A stretch of DNA of 64,000 nucleotides from contig JABWAT010000001.1 of the NCBI GenBank assembly GCA_013360915.1, forward strand, positions 468,981 to 532,980, read 5' to 3'. A model generated the notes under the pieces. That model ran no database searches. It was not told the DNA's origin and saw only the letters and a program-made list of their open reading frames with translations. The number at the start of each line of letters is the position of its first letter. Position 1 is the stretch's first letter. Made by a program: the position numbers and the translations under genes. This DNA comes from Bacteroidota bacterium. GTDB lineage: Bacteria; Bacteroidota; JABWAT01. This document shows, piece after piece, positions 46,746 through 55,797 of the stretch.

Positions 46746-49625
46746 TTATTTCATAAGAACCGCCCTGTGAGTGGCTGATTTTCCGGCAGCAGTCAAGCGA
46801 ATCAGATAAACACCGGATGGCAAACCAGAGGCATTCCATGCAACAGACTGAATGCCGGCTGACAGAATCCCTGCCGGGATGACCTGAACCCGTCTTCCGA
46901 GCACATCAAAGATTTCGATGCTGATTCCGGATGGTTTCTCAAGAGAAAACCTGATCACGGTCGAGGGATTAAACGGATTCGGGAAATTACCGAGCAGATG
47001 GAAAGAGGATGGATGGTTGGACACCTCAGCACTGAGAATTTGCCCCAGTGTTTTTGGCGTCGGTTCGCTGCCGTTGTCAACATACTGCCAGGAAGAACCC
47101 AGAGGAATGATCGTTGAAGTCTGGGTGTACACTTTTGCATCAAAAGTGGTTACCGTTCCCGGTGCCTGCGCATGGATTTCGATTGCAATGGTATTGGTTC
47201 CCTTTTTTAACATGCTGCGCTGTGCCGCTGAAAAAATAAGAATTCTGGAGTACGATCCGGCCGAATTAGGAGGGGTATCATAGGTCACATCAAATCCGGG
47301 ATTGATGTTGTGTCTGAGCAGTTCTTCGCCATTCAGGTACGCAACAAACCCGCCAAGACTTTTAACCAGCAAGGCAAAGGTGGGCGGAACCGAATCGAGA
47401 TCGAAATTGGTTCTGAAGTAGGCAGTCTGAACCTGTGAAATGATGGTTTTCGATGCCTGGTCTGTTCCGATCGGAGACTCTCCGAAAGGCCAGGAGGCAA
47501 TATTGTACCGGGAATCGAACCATTTAACCGGAGCCATCATGGTATCAACAAGGACTGACAGCACAAAGGAATTTTGCATGGTGTTTCCATCACGATCCCG
47601 TGCTTTCAGATAAAACTGATTCTGCTGACCCTGAGTTGCCGAAACCGGAATTTCGTGAATCAGACCAAACCCTGATGAAAGAACGGTGTCTTCCATGGAA
47701 TCGAAGGAAACATCGGAGGTACTCATTTTAACCAGAGACCGGTCGTTTGTTTCCAGACTGATGGTAAAATGGGTTTTCCAGCTCACAAGTGTGCTATCCT
47801 GTCCGTTTGTAAATGCAGGTGCCAGGACATCGGCGGCCGGAGGAGCATACATATCGGGAAGGTCCCGTTCGAACAACGTATAGGCATCGTTATAAAATTT
47901 CTTAAAATCGGGCACGGATTTATGACCCGGATAAGGTGCGTAATGATGGGAGGTATTGGCATTCCTCCAAACAGCCGCATAAACCAGGTTGGAAGCCAGA
48001 GAATCGTATTTAATTGGTGGCAGCAGGATGTCTGAAAACCAATTCGGTGCATCGAGCCCTTCCTGACCGGCTTCGGTGAAACCAACGATTTTCCCCCGGG
48101 CCACTGCATGCGAGGCAACGGTTCTCAACCAGGCCGGAACGTCCTTTTTCGTCTGATCAGAAATGACATCGGACCAATAAAAATCGAACCCGAAAATATC
48201 GACATAGTCATCACCCGGATAAACATCGAAATAGGTATTGGCATTTCCTCCATGATCAAGATTTGGTGAAATGGCCAGTAACATGTTGTGCACATTCAGG
48301 GAATCGATCAGATAATCAACGGTAAACCGCCACAAAGAATTATATTCAGCCGTGGTCCTGTGCCCGGTCCCCCACCAGAACCAGTTCCCGATGTGTTCGT
48401 GATAGGGTCTGACGATCACCGGAATATTCTCCCCTTTTGGTCCACGGATGGACTGAAGAAACTTACCGACCTGCCGGAGTTTTGCCTTGTATTCTGAATG
48501 ACGGGGACCGCCGGGAAGGATGCTGGTTACGATTTTTTCGTTATTCACATCGGTGGCATAAAATCCACGTTTATCAGGATCGAGCTGATGCCAGCAAAAC
48601 GAAATCACGCCACCCCGGTTGTAGGCACTTTCCACACGGTATTTGCTGCCTGACCAGTCCTCTTCCTTATCGATAAAGGCAAAATCCATGCTGTAGAAAG
48701 CCGGGAAGTCACCGACCACATCGTTCACATCCGAGCGGTTGTCGTTTCCTGTCCATCCAACCCCATATCCGGTGGCATCGTGCATTCCGAACATCAGGTT
48801 CCGCGTGGCCATTGATTTAAGATTCCGGTACAGGTTTCTGGTTTCCCAGGTGGCCTGAGGATCCACGATGGGCAATACCGGACCATTCACCGATTTTTCG
48901 AGATCAACCATGGCACTCAGAAGAACGGTGGCAGCCGAGTCGATCTGACCCTGTCGTTTGGCACCAGAACCGGCGAAAGTTTCAGCCGAGGTAATGGCTG
49001 CCTGAAGCGTCGATTTTGATCCTGCAGGGAACTGTCCATCTTCGGTGCCCTCCACGGCTGAAGCCAGGCGGCTTTTTGCCTGTGTTACCGTGCTGTTGAG
49101 GAATTTCCAATCGAGGGTGGATGAAACCACCACTGAGTCACCTACCCGCATTTCATCGACATAAATGACACCCGATCTGGAACCGGTCGTTCCGGCATCG
49201 AGATACAGGTAAAATTTCGTAATGACCAGTGAGGTAGTCTTTTTACTCTTAAAAGTCAGCGTATGCCATTCATTATCTCCCGGCAAAGAGACGGTGAGAA
49301 AATCATCTCCGGACTGGTAAAGTGATTTTACCGTAAAGGCGGTTTCGACCGAGGATTTTGCACGAACAGTCACGGTCTTTGAAGAAGAATTATTAATGGT
49401 TACCGGTGGGGTGAAATTGAAATTATCCCACTGATCACTGGAACTTGTCCGTGTGTAGTTAATTTTCAGTTGCTGATTCTCTACGGACAATTGAAAAGTA
49501 CGGGGATGGTCAGAGACCCATCCGTTCATGTTTCCATCTTTAAAATCCTCTTTATATCCCGTCACCTGAGCCAAGGTCACAGCTGAATGGAGCAGAAAGA
49601 GAATAAACAAGGTAACTGGTTTCAT
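46746..49625 (-). CDS. Glycoside hydrolase family 26 (beta-mannanase-like), multi-domain, with a T9SS C-terminal sorting domain
   Basis: 959 aa with a signal peptide. The GH26 catalytic region is RPYHEHIGNWFWWG. The C-terminus, NFPNPFNPSTVIRFSL...SGVYLIRL...K, is a T9SS type-A CTD. Confidence 0.8.
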   Translation of the reverse strand: MKPVTLFILFLLHSAVTLAQVTGYKEDFKDGNMNGWVSDHPRTFQLSVENQQLKINYTRTSSSDQWDNFNFTPPVTINNSSSKTVTVRAKSSVETAFTVKSLYQSGDDFLTVSLPGDNEWHTLTFKSKKTTSLVITKFYLYLDAGTTGSRSGVIYVDEMRVGDSVVVSSTLDWKFLNSTVTQAKSRLASAVEGTEDGQFPAGSKSTLQAAITSAETFAGSGAKRQGQIDSAATVLLSAMVDLEKSVNGPVLPIVDPQATWETRNLYRNLKSMATRNLMFGMHDATGYGVGWTGNDNRSDVNDVVGDFPAFYSMDFAFIDKEEDWSGSKYRVESAYNRGGVISFCWHQLDPDKRGFYATDVNNEKIVTSILPGGPRHSEYKAKLRQVGKFLQSIRGPKGENIPVIVRPYHEHIGNWFWWGTGHRTTAEYNSLWRFTVDYLIDSLNVHNMLLAISPNLDHGGNANTYFDVYPGDDYVDIFGFDFYWSDVISDQTKKDVPAWLRTVASHAVARGKIVGFTEAGQEGLDAPNWFSDILLPPIKYDSLASNLVYAAVWRNANTSHHYAPYPGHKSVPDFKKFYNDAYTLFERDLPDMYAPPAADVLAPAFTNGQDSTLVSWKTHFTISLETNDRSLVKMSTSDVSFDSMEDTVLSSGFGLIHEIPVSATQGQQNQFYLKARDRDGNTMQNSFVLSVLVDTMMAPVKWFDSRYNIASWPFGESPIGTDQASKTIISQVQTAYFRTNFDLDSVPPTFALLVKSLGGFVAYLNGEELLRHNINPGFDVTYDTPPNSAGSYSRILIFSAAQRSMLKKGTNTIAIEIHAQAPGTVTTFDAKVYTQTSTIIPLGSSWQYVDNGSEPTPKTLGQILSAEVSNHPSSFHLLGNFPNPFNPSTVIRFSLEKPSGISIEIFDVLGRRVQVIPAGILSAGIQSVAWNASGLPSGVYLIRLTAAGKSATHRAVLMK

Positions 49626-51064
49626 GGATCTAACATCTCCCGTTTTGGGGCCCGGGTCACCCGATCATAAAACCGGTGAACGCGTTCCGTATAAAAAATT
49701 GCTGAACCGGTATAGCCGGTTTCCGCCAGAAAGGCTTCTTCCGCCTGCTGTTTTTTCTCTGCGAGCACAGCACCCCTGACTGTTTTAACCAGCAGGGAAT
49801 CTTCGGGGGCGCCCGTCAGAGAAAGTTGATTGGCCGAAAGCCATTTTCCGATTTCCTCACCTGTGACTGAGACGTCTCTGAGGATCAGCGGACGAATGGC
49901 TGAAGCCAGAATACGGTCTTCAGCCAGTTTCATTTCAATCTGGTGAGTCTTGCTTTTGGCACCTGACCGGACCGCTTCCCTGTAAACCAGTTCATCTCTG
50001 AAAACCAGATCAAGAACCGTTTTAAAATCAGATTGCCAGGCAGATGAAGGTATAAACGGAACCGTTTTCAGAAAGTCCCCCACTGTGAATGGCTGTCCAT
50101 TCAACGTGGCGAGTACATCATGTTGTCTTTGCCAGACCGGGACCTGTTGGGAAAATTCACCTGTGGGTTCCATCTGAAATTCCTGTTCGGAACCATTGGA
50201 AGTTTTTTGGTTCAAAACCGGCCAATACCATTCCTTTAATTCACGTGCAGTGAGCGGATTAATTGTTACGCTGGCTGACCGGATGAGGGAATCGAGGTAA
50301 AGGTAGGCCAGATGTTCCCCACGTTTTTCGCGCAACAGGTAGTCTGCTGTTTCGCGCTTCTGTTCATACTCGAAACGGGTGATCAGCGGACGTTTTTTAT
50401 AATCCCTGATTTTAAGAATATGCCACCCGAATTGTGACCGGACCGGGCGGGAAATAAATCCGGTCCTGGTCCGGAAGGCAGCCATTGCCAATTCATAATC
50501 GAGGTCACGCCAATCGACCCAACCCAGATCACCGCCACTATCAGCCAGTTTACCCGACCGGAAAACCTGACTGGCCAGGCTATCGAAACTGGCACCACGA
50601 TTCAATTCATCGAATGCCTGTTCCGCTGCTTCCTTTGATTTAAAAAACAGGTGGCTGACCAACCGGCTTTCCTGTGTGAAGCGGTAGGCTTCTTCCACTT
50701 CCTTCTCTGTGAAGGTTAACCTCGGCGCAATGTTATGATTGTAATGAGCTTTTCTGATGAGGTTTTTCTGATAAGCCTCCATCCGGAACTGAAACTGGCG
50801 GGTGGTATCGAGTTGAAGGCGCCGTGCCCCGGAAGCCAGGACCATGATTTTCATCTGATCTTTCAAAACAGCTTCACGCAGTTCGGGGGATTCTTTAAAG
50901 GCGGGATGTTTTAATACTTCGATGTAAGCCAACCTGAATTGATTGAGAGTCAGTGTATCCTTTCCGGCAATGGCAACGGCCGAATCCAGAACGGAATAAC
51001 CGGGATAGAAGTCCCGGTTATTTTCCTGAATGAATAAACTGGTGATCAGCAGAAGAACAAACAT
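49622..51064 (-). CDS. SurA-like periplasmic chaperone with parvulin-type PPIase domain
   Basis: 480 aa. The parvulin motif is GGDLGWV...FGWHILKI. It overlaps the GH26 start by 4 nt. Confidence 0.7.
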   Translation of the reverse strand: MFVLLLITSLFIQENNRDFYPGYSVLDSAVAIAGKDTLTLNQFRLAYIEVLKHPAFKESPELREAVLKDQMKIMVLASGARRLQLDTTRQFQFRMEAYQKNLIRKAHYNHNIAPRLTFTEKEVEEAYRFTQESRLVSHLFFKSKEAAEQAFDELNRGASFDSLASQVFRSGKLADSGGDLGWVDWRDLDYELAMAAFRTRTGFISRPVRSQFGWHILKIRDYKKRPLITRFEYEQKRETADYLLREKRGEHLAYLYLDSLIRSASVTINPLTARELKEWYWPVLNQKTSNGSEQEFQMEPTGEFSQQVPVWQRQHDVLATLNGQPFTVGDFLKTVPFIPSSAWQSDFKTVLDLVFRDELVYREAVRSGAKSKTHQIEMKLAEDRILASAIRPLILRDVSVTGEEIGKWLSANQLSLTGAPEDSLLVKTVRGAVLAEKKQQAEEAFLAETGYTGSAIFYTERVHRFYDRVTRAPKREMLDP

Positions 51065-51070
51065 GGGTCC

Positions 51071-54000
51071 TTATTTGATTACAATCATCCGTCCGATGTG
51101 ATTTCCAACGCCTGGCGCTTCGACATGGTAGATGTAAACACCGTAGGCGACTTCCATGTTATCTTTTGAACGAAGGTCCCATGGTTCCGATCCGTCAGAG
51201 GCAGGTGCATCGTGCTCAAGAACCCGCACCAGATTTCCATCGACTGTAAAAATCCGGATGGTACATTTTTTCGGCAGGTTCGTGAATTCCACTTTCCGCT
51301 CTCCCCTTCCGGTGCCGGTTGCACTCGGGTGTTCCCAGATTGCAGTCACCACATAGGGATTGGGAACAACCCTGATATTTTTCATGGCCGCCTTGGCCGC
51401 CTTGTTATTCACACTTTCGGCTCTTACGGTAAATTCATACCGGCTTAATTTGTAAAACGGATTGTCGGGGTACAGACTGATGTTGTCACCCTCTCCAAGG
51501 ATTCGTCCATAAATCTTGTTAAAAAGCGTGTCGTTGTTCGATACGTTCAGTAACTGATTGGTAATGACCGTGCGTCCATCACTGAGTTCCTCGAAGAAAA
51601 TAATCCGGTCTTTGGCACTGAAAAATCCGGCAGGTGCAATTTTAGGCTGAACGTTGGCATTCTCGGTGAAGGCAAACTTCAGTTCTTCACCTGTCTGCTT
51701 ATCATAAACCTTAAAGTTTACCGGACGGCCAGGCAGCGGAATAGAACCGGTGCCCGTTGCCAGCGGAACCCGGATGGCACTTGAGGTATCTACCAACTGG
51801 TTGTAAAACCGGATTTCATACTGCCGCGGATACGGGGTTCCTTTTTTAAATCCACCCTGATCATATTGAGTAAACCTCAGTATATAAGCAGAATCGGCAG
51901 GATTTACATTGTTTCCCCATTTCACCCCTTTAAAAATGCCTTCATCCGGGTTGTTGTAAACGCCGGGCATGGGGTTTCTGACCACCACTTCGAGTCCGAG
52001 ATCATTCATCAGTTTCGAGAAGGTGTGTGGATCCCCATCACGGTCATCATACAGGTTTCTTACAACAATGCTGTCTCCGATCCGATCGACCAGATAAACG
52101 GTATCGGTCTTCGATGCCTGCGAAACATTTTTCAACCAGAAGCCCGAGGTTTCTGTCGGGAAAAATTCATCCAGATCCAGGTCATCCAGCACGCCATCCT
52201 TGTCATTATCCAATTTATCATTGGACGGATCGAGGAATCCGATTTCATACCGGTCGCCATCACGGATTTTCGCCGGATCGATGATATTAATTCCTACCAC
52301 ACCCGCTGTTTTCAGTTCGCCAACCGGCCGCGGATTGATGTCAAAACCTGCCGATTCGAAACCTGCTGAAGGAGCGGTCGGCGTAACAGCCACCACATTC
52401 TGGCTGTAAGAAATTTCACCTGCCTGATTACGTGCGATATAGATCACGCATTCTGATGGTCCGATATTTTTTTCGATATCGCCGGTATCATATGCGGTCA
52501 GGCCATAGAAATACTGCACACCATTCTGCACATCGGTATCGACGTAGCGGTGTTCCAGTCCGGTTTCACTTCCCAGATTGAATTGAACGCCGGTACCACC
52601 TGTTTGTGGGAAGAAGCCGAAAACGCTATCCACTTTATCCCAGATTGCAATGGGGACATTGTATCGTGAAATGCCATATCCATCGGTAATGTCTCCATCC
52701 TCATTAAACTCGACCCAGGAGGATTTATAGAGTTTGTACCCTTCAAAATCATATGTTTTCAGAAACCGGTCATAGCTTGCTTCGGCCTCTTCATCCCAAT
52801 AAAGCGTCACTTTTTTATCACCGGCTACAGCCGAAAGCGTTGGTTGAAGCGGAGCCACTGCGAAGTTGTAATTTGAGTTATAGATTTCCTGAACGGTCCG
52901 TTTATTCCGGATAATATCAAACTCATCGACACCGAACAGGAGCGCGACCGAGAAAAACTCTTCACGACCGGCTTTCAGCGGGAAATACCCCGAGGAAAAC
53001 ACATAATCATGGTCGGCCACCACTGTGGTTTTAAAATCGAAGAATCCGGGATTGGAATAAGCCCACATCTGATCATCGTTGCTGTAGGTCAGTGCGCCAT
53101 AGACATAGAATTTGAAGCTGGTCAGACCAATCTGATCTGATTCATCTACATCGACCCGATCGATATTGGGTTCACCCGGCAGGTCATTATTACCAGGAGT
53201 CGGGCGTCCGTCTCCTTCGCCTTCATCACCAGTTCCCACTTTTCCATCCAGACCCACATCATCAAAGCGGATATCCCAATCTCCATCGTTGTCGATTCCA
53301 TCATCACGACGTTCGTCAATCATGCGGTTATTCAATCCGGAACCGGTGAAATAATCAATGGCCAGGTAATCCCGCTTATTGTAATCGGAACGGATATACA
53401 GAAAGTATTCCACCGAGTCCTTGATGTCGGGATCATACACCTTGGCTCCATCGCTTTCATCGATCAGACCATTCAGGTTATCATCCACCCCGTTTCTCGG
53501 AATTTCAATCAGCATCTGGTTGGGCATTTTCTTGTGGGTGATTCCACCGAATTTGAACTCAACGCCAGCCATCGGCATGGTGGTAAGTGTGCGTGGGTAG
53601 GCCGGGTTGTTGTAATTAATGGTGACGATCTGCTGACCGATCCGGTATGTTTTTGCAAAATCACCAACTGAAATTACTTTTCCGGTGCCTCCACCCGGTT
53701 TGGTCGGATCTATTCCATCGCCATCGTTATCGATTCCATCGAGACCATTACCCGGACTTTCGAGGAAAGCAAACCCCACATACGGAACGGGCGTATATCC
53801 GCCGGCCCCACGATTGTCGATGTCATAATTGACTGCCAGGCCTTCTTCGCGGTAGAACAAGGCTGCATCATCTGAATTCTCGTTTCCTCCGCCACCACCG
53901 ATGAGGGCTCCGCTGGAGGCTCCAACGTTCTCGCCGAAAACAGTTCGGTCAAGGTTTCTTTGAGAAATATTCTGAATTCTGAATAGCCAGAACACCACAT

Positions 54001-54736
54001 CTTCTGCATCAGGATTGGCCCATTGCAATCCACGGATGCTCATTTTCAGGCCGAGTCCACCCCGCCCCGGTTCTGACGGAATCGGCAATGGAAGATTGAG
54101 ACCCTTGAGCCGTTTTTTATACACGTAATCATCGACAACGAAATAACTTTCCTCGTCTGCGTTATACTGATCTTTACCAAAATAACCGTTCCATTTTCCG
54201 GCCCAGCCGGCATCAACCCCGTCAGAGGTTTTATCGGGCCAGAAGGCGGGCCATGTGAATGGCTGATTGCTCATGGCAACTGCGCGGTTTACATTTTTCG
54301 CTTTTTGTGTAAGATTCAGATACCCAGGCAGGGGTTCAAATCCCAGAAAACGGCCCAGGGAATCGGATGAAAACACCGAAGGATCCCATCCTTCACCAAA
54401 GATGGCCGGTGTCAGATATTTAAAAACCGAGTCACCGGTCGTAGCATCGATGTGCGAAAAGACTCTGACTTCGGACATCACAAACTGTGAGGTATTACCC
54501 AGCTGAATCTGACCGGTACCAATGGGCCATTCACCCGGGTACGTTTCAGAGGCATCGCCCCGGACCGATCCCAGGCGGCCATTGTTGTGAATGGTCACAC
54601 GGACTTTATTTCCCTGGTGAATATTTTTCGCCCGGTTGAGTGCATCACCATAGGTCGACTGTGCTGCAACAGTCACAGGAAGGAACAGGGCAATCAGGCA
54701 GGCAGAATAGAGTAATGACTTTTTCATGGTATTCAC
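51071..54736 (-). CDS. Large (1221 aa) T9SS-sorted secreted protein of unknown function with Asp-rich Ca-binding-like repeats
   Basis: Has a signal peptide. Repeats include DGIDNDGDGIDP, DDGIDNDGDWD and DNDKDGVLDDLDLDEF. The C-terminal ~90 aa fit the T9SS CTD pattern (WDL...GVYIYHV...K). There is no HEXXH or other catalytic motif. Confidence 0.7.
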   Translation of the reverse strand: MNTMKKSLLYSACLIALFLPVTVAAQSTYGDALNRAKNIHQGNKVRVTIHNNGRLGSVRGDASETYPGEWPIGTGQIQLGNTSQFVMSEVRVFSHIDATTGDSVFKYLTPAIFGEGWDPSVFSSDSLGRFLGFEPLPGYLNLTQKAKNVNRAVAMSNQPFTWPAFWPDKTSDGVDAGWAGKWNGYFGKDQYNADEESYFVVDDYVYKKRLKGLNLPLPIPSEPGRGGLGLKMSIRGLQWANPDAEDVVFWLFRIQNISQRNLDRTVFGENVGASSGALIGGGGGNENSDDAALFYREEGLAVNYDIDNRGAGGYTPVPYVGFAFLESPGNGLDGIDNDGDGIDPTKPGGGTGKVISVGDFAKTYRIGQQIVTINYNNPAYPRTLTTMPMAGVEFKFGGITHKKMPNQMLIEIPRNGVDDNLNGLIDESDGAKVYDPDIKDSVEYFLYIRSDYNKRDYLAIDYFTGSGLNNRMIDERRDDGIDNDGDWDIRFDDVGLDGKVGTGDEGEGDGRPTPGNNDLPGEPNIDRVDVDESDQIGLTSFKFYVYGALTYSNDDQMWAYSNPGFFDFKTTVVADHDYVFSSGYFPLKAGREEFFSVALLFGVDEFDIIRNKRTVQEIYNSNYNFAVAPLQPTLSAVAGDKKVTLYWDEEAEASYDRFLKTYDFEGYKLYKSSWVEFNEDGDITDGYGISRYNVPIAIWDKVDSVFGFFPQTGGTGVQFNLGSETGLEHRYVDTDVQNGVQYFYGLTAYDTGDIEKNIGPSECVIYIARNQAGEISYSQNVVAVTPTAPSAGFESAGFDINPRPVGELKTAGVVGINIIDPAKIRDGDRYEIGFLDPSNDKLDNDKDGVLDDLDLDEFFPTETSGFWLKNVSQASKTDTVYLVDRIGDSIVVRNLYDDRDGDPHTFSKLMNDLGLEVVVRNPMPGVYNNPDEGIFKGVKWGNNVNPADSAYILRFTQYDQGGFKKGTPYPRQYEIRFYNQLVDTSSAIRVPLATGTGSIPLPGRPVNFKVYDKQTGEELKFAFTENANVQPKIAPAGFFSAKDRIIFFEELSDGRTVITNQLLNVSNNDTLFNKIYGRILGEGDNISLYPDNPFYKLSRYEFTVRAESVNNKAAKAAMKNIRVVPNPYVVTAIWEHPSATGTGRGERKVEFTNLPKKCTIRIFTVDGNLVRVLEHDAPASDGSEPWDLRSKDNMEVAYGVYIYHVEAPGVGNHIGRMIVIK

Positions 54737-54739
54737 AGA

Positions 54740-55777
54740 TTAAAAGGTTAGCACCAGGGTAAACTGATTCTGGCGGTCGAGATATCCAAAATCGACATTT
54801 GCATAATCGAGCCTCATGCCGATTCCCATCAGGTTATAACTGAAGCCAATTCCCAGCCCCAGCCCCCCTTCTTCATCGGGATCGAACATCCGGTTGTAAC
54901 CAGCACGAAGCGCCACCATGTCACTGATCGTAACTTCCGATCCCAGATTGACATGCTCATAATCATCATTCGGGTGAACTGCATCGGCAGCCACCACCCA
55001 TTTAACAGCTTTCGACTCTGTGATAAACGAGGTCAGGTCCGATGAAACTCCTACCCGGAACAAGACCGGGAGCGGAAATTTTTCAGCCGCAAGGAATCCG
55101 ATAATGGACGGATTGTTTCCGTTGTGTCCCGGATTGATATCATGCTGAATGCGCATATCACGTCCACTCATCTGCATATCTGGTCCGAAATGGCTGATGG
55201 ACATCCCCAACCGGAACCGGTCGTTCAGAGTGGTATATGTAAGTCCGACATCACCGGCGACGGATGAAGCATACGAATGCCAGAGTGTTTCTCTGATATA
55301 TTTCAGACTTCCCCCGATTGCAAACCGGTCGGTGAGAGCGCTTGCCCAGGTGGCACCAACAGCCAATGAACTGGCCGATACCTTCTCACCGGTTCCCCCC
55401 GGGAGTGACACCGTTGTTCTTTCGATATCGGGCATTCCCAGATAGGTTACGGAAAGTCCAAGCACTCCCAATCCTTCAATCGGAATGGCCACGGCATCAT
55501 ATTCCATATATAAATCGGCCACATAGTCATAATGACTCACAACCGCCTGAATCTTTTCTGTGTAGGCGATGGTTGCCGGATTCCAGAACAATCCTGCCGG
55601 ATCGTTTGCCAGAGAAACCATGGCCTGCCCCATGGCATTGGACCGGGCATCAACACCGATTTTCAGAAATGGCGCAGCGGTGGTTCCCGCGCGGGTGATG
55701 GATTGGGCCTGAACCGGTTGAGAGACAACAAGGCCGGTGGCTGCGACGATCAGTAAGGCATTCAGTATCGTTTTCAT
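54740..55777 (-). CDS. FadL/OMPP1-like outer-membrane beta-barrel (PorV/PorQ-like size and N-terminal motif)
   Basis: 345 aa with an SPase I signal. The N-terminal motif GVDARSNAMGQAMVSLANDPAGLFWNPA matches the FadL-family consensus G..R..A.G.A..A.DD.SA..NPA. A 3-nt gap separates it from the downstream cargo gene. Confidence 0.65.
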   Translation of the reverse strand: MKTILNALLIVAATGLVVSQPVQAQSITRAGTTAAPFLKIGVDARSNAMGQAMVSLANDPAGLFWNPATIAYTEKIQAVVSHYDYVADLYMEYDAVAIPIEGLGVLGLSVTYLGMPDIERTTVSLPGGTGEKVSASSLAVGATWASALTDRFAIGGSLKYIRETLWHSYASSVAGDVGLTYTTLNDRFRLGMSISHFGPDMQMSGRDMRIQHDINPGHNGNNPSIIGFLAAEKFPLPVLFRVGVSSDLTSFITESKAVKWVVAADAVHPNDDYEHVNLGSEVTISDMVALRAGYNRMFDPDEEGGLGLGIGFSYNLMGIGMRLDYANVDFGYLDRQNQFTLVLTF

Positions 55778-55797
55778 AATTTCTTTCTCCCGTTCCG

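Noticed and set aside
54740-55777. The 345-aa protein after the TonB-dependent receptor as a SusD-like lipoprotein
   Set aside because: It has an SPase I signal without a lipobox Cys. It has a FadL-type N-terminal NPA motif and is predicted to be a beta-barrel. It is also too short; SusD-like proteins are alpha-helical TPR lipoproteins of about 500 aa.
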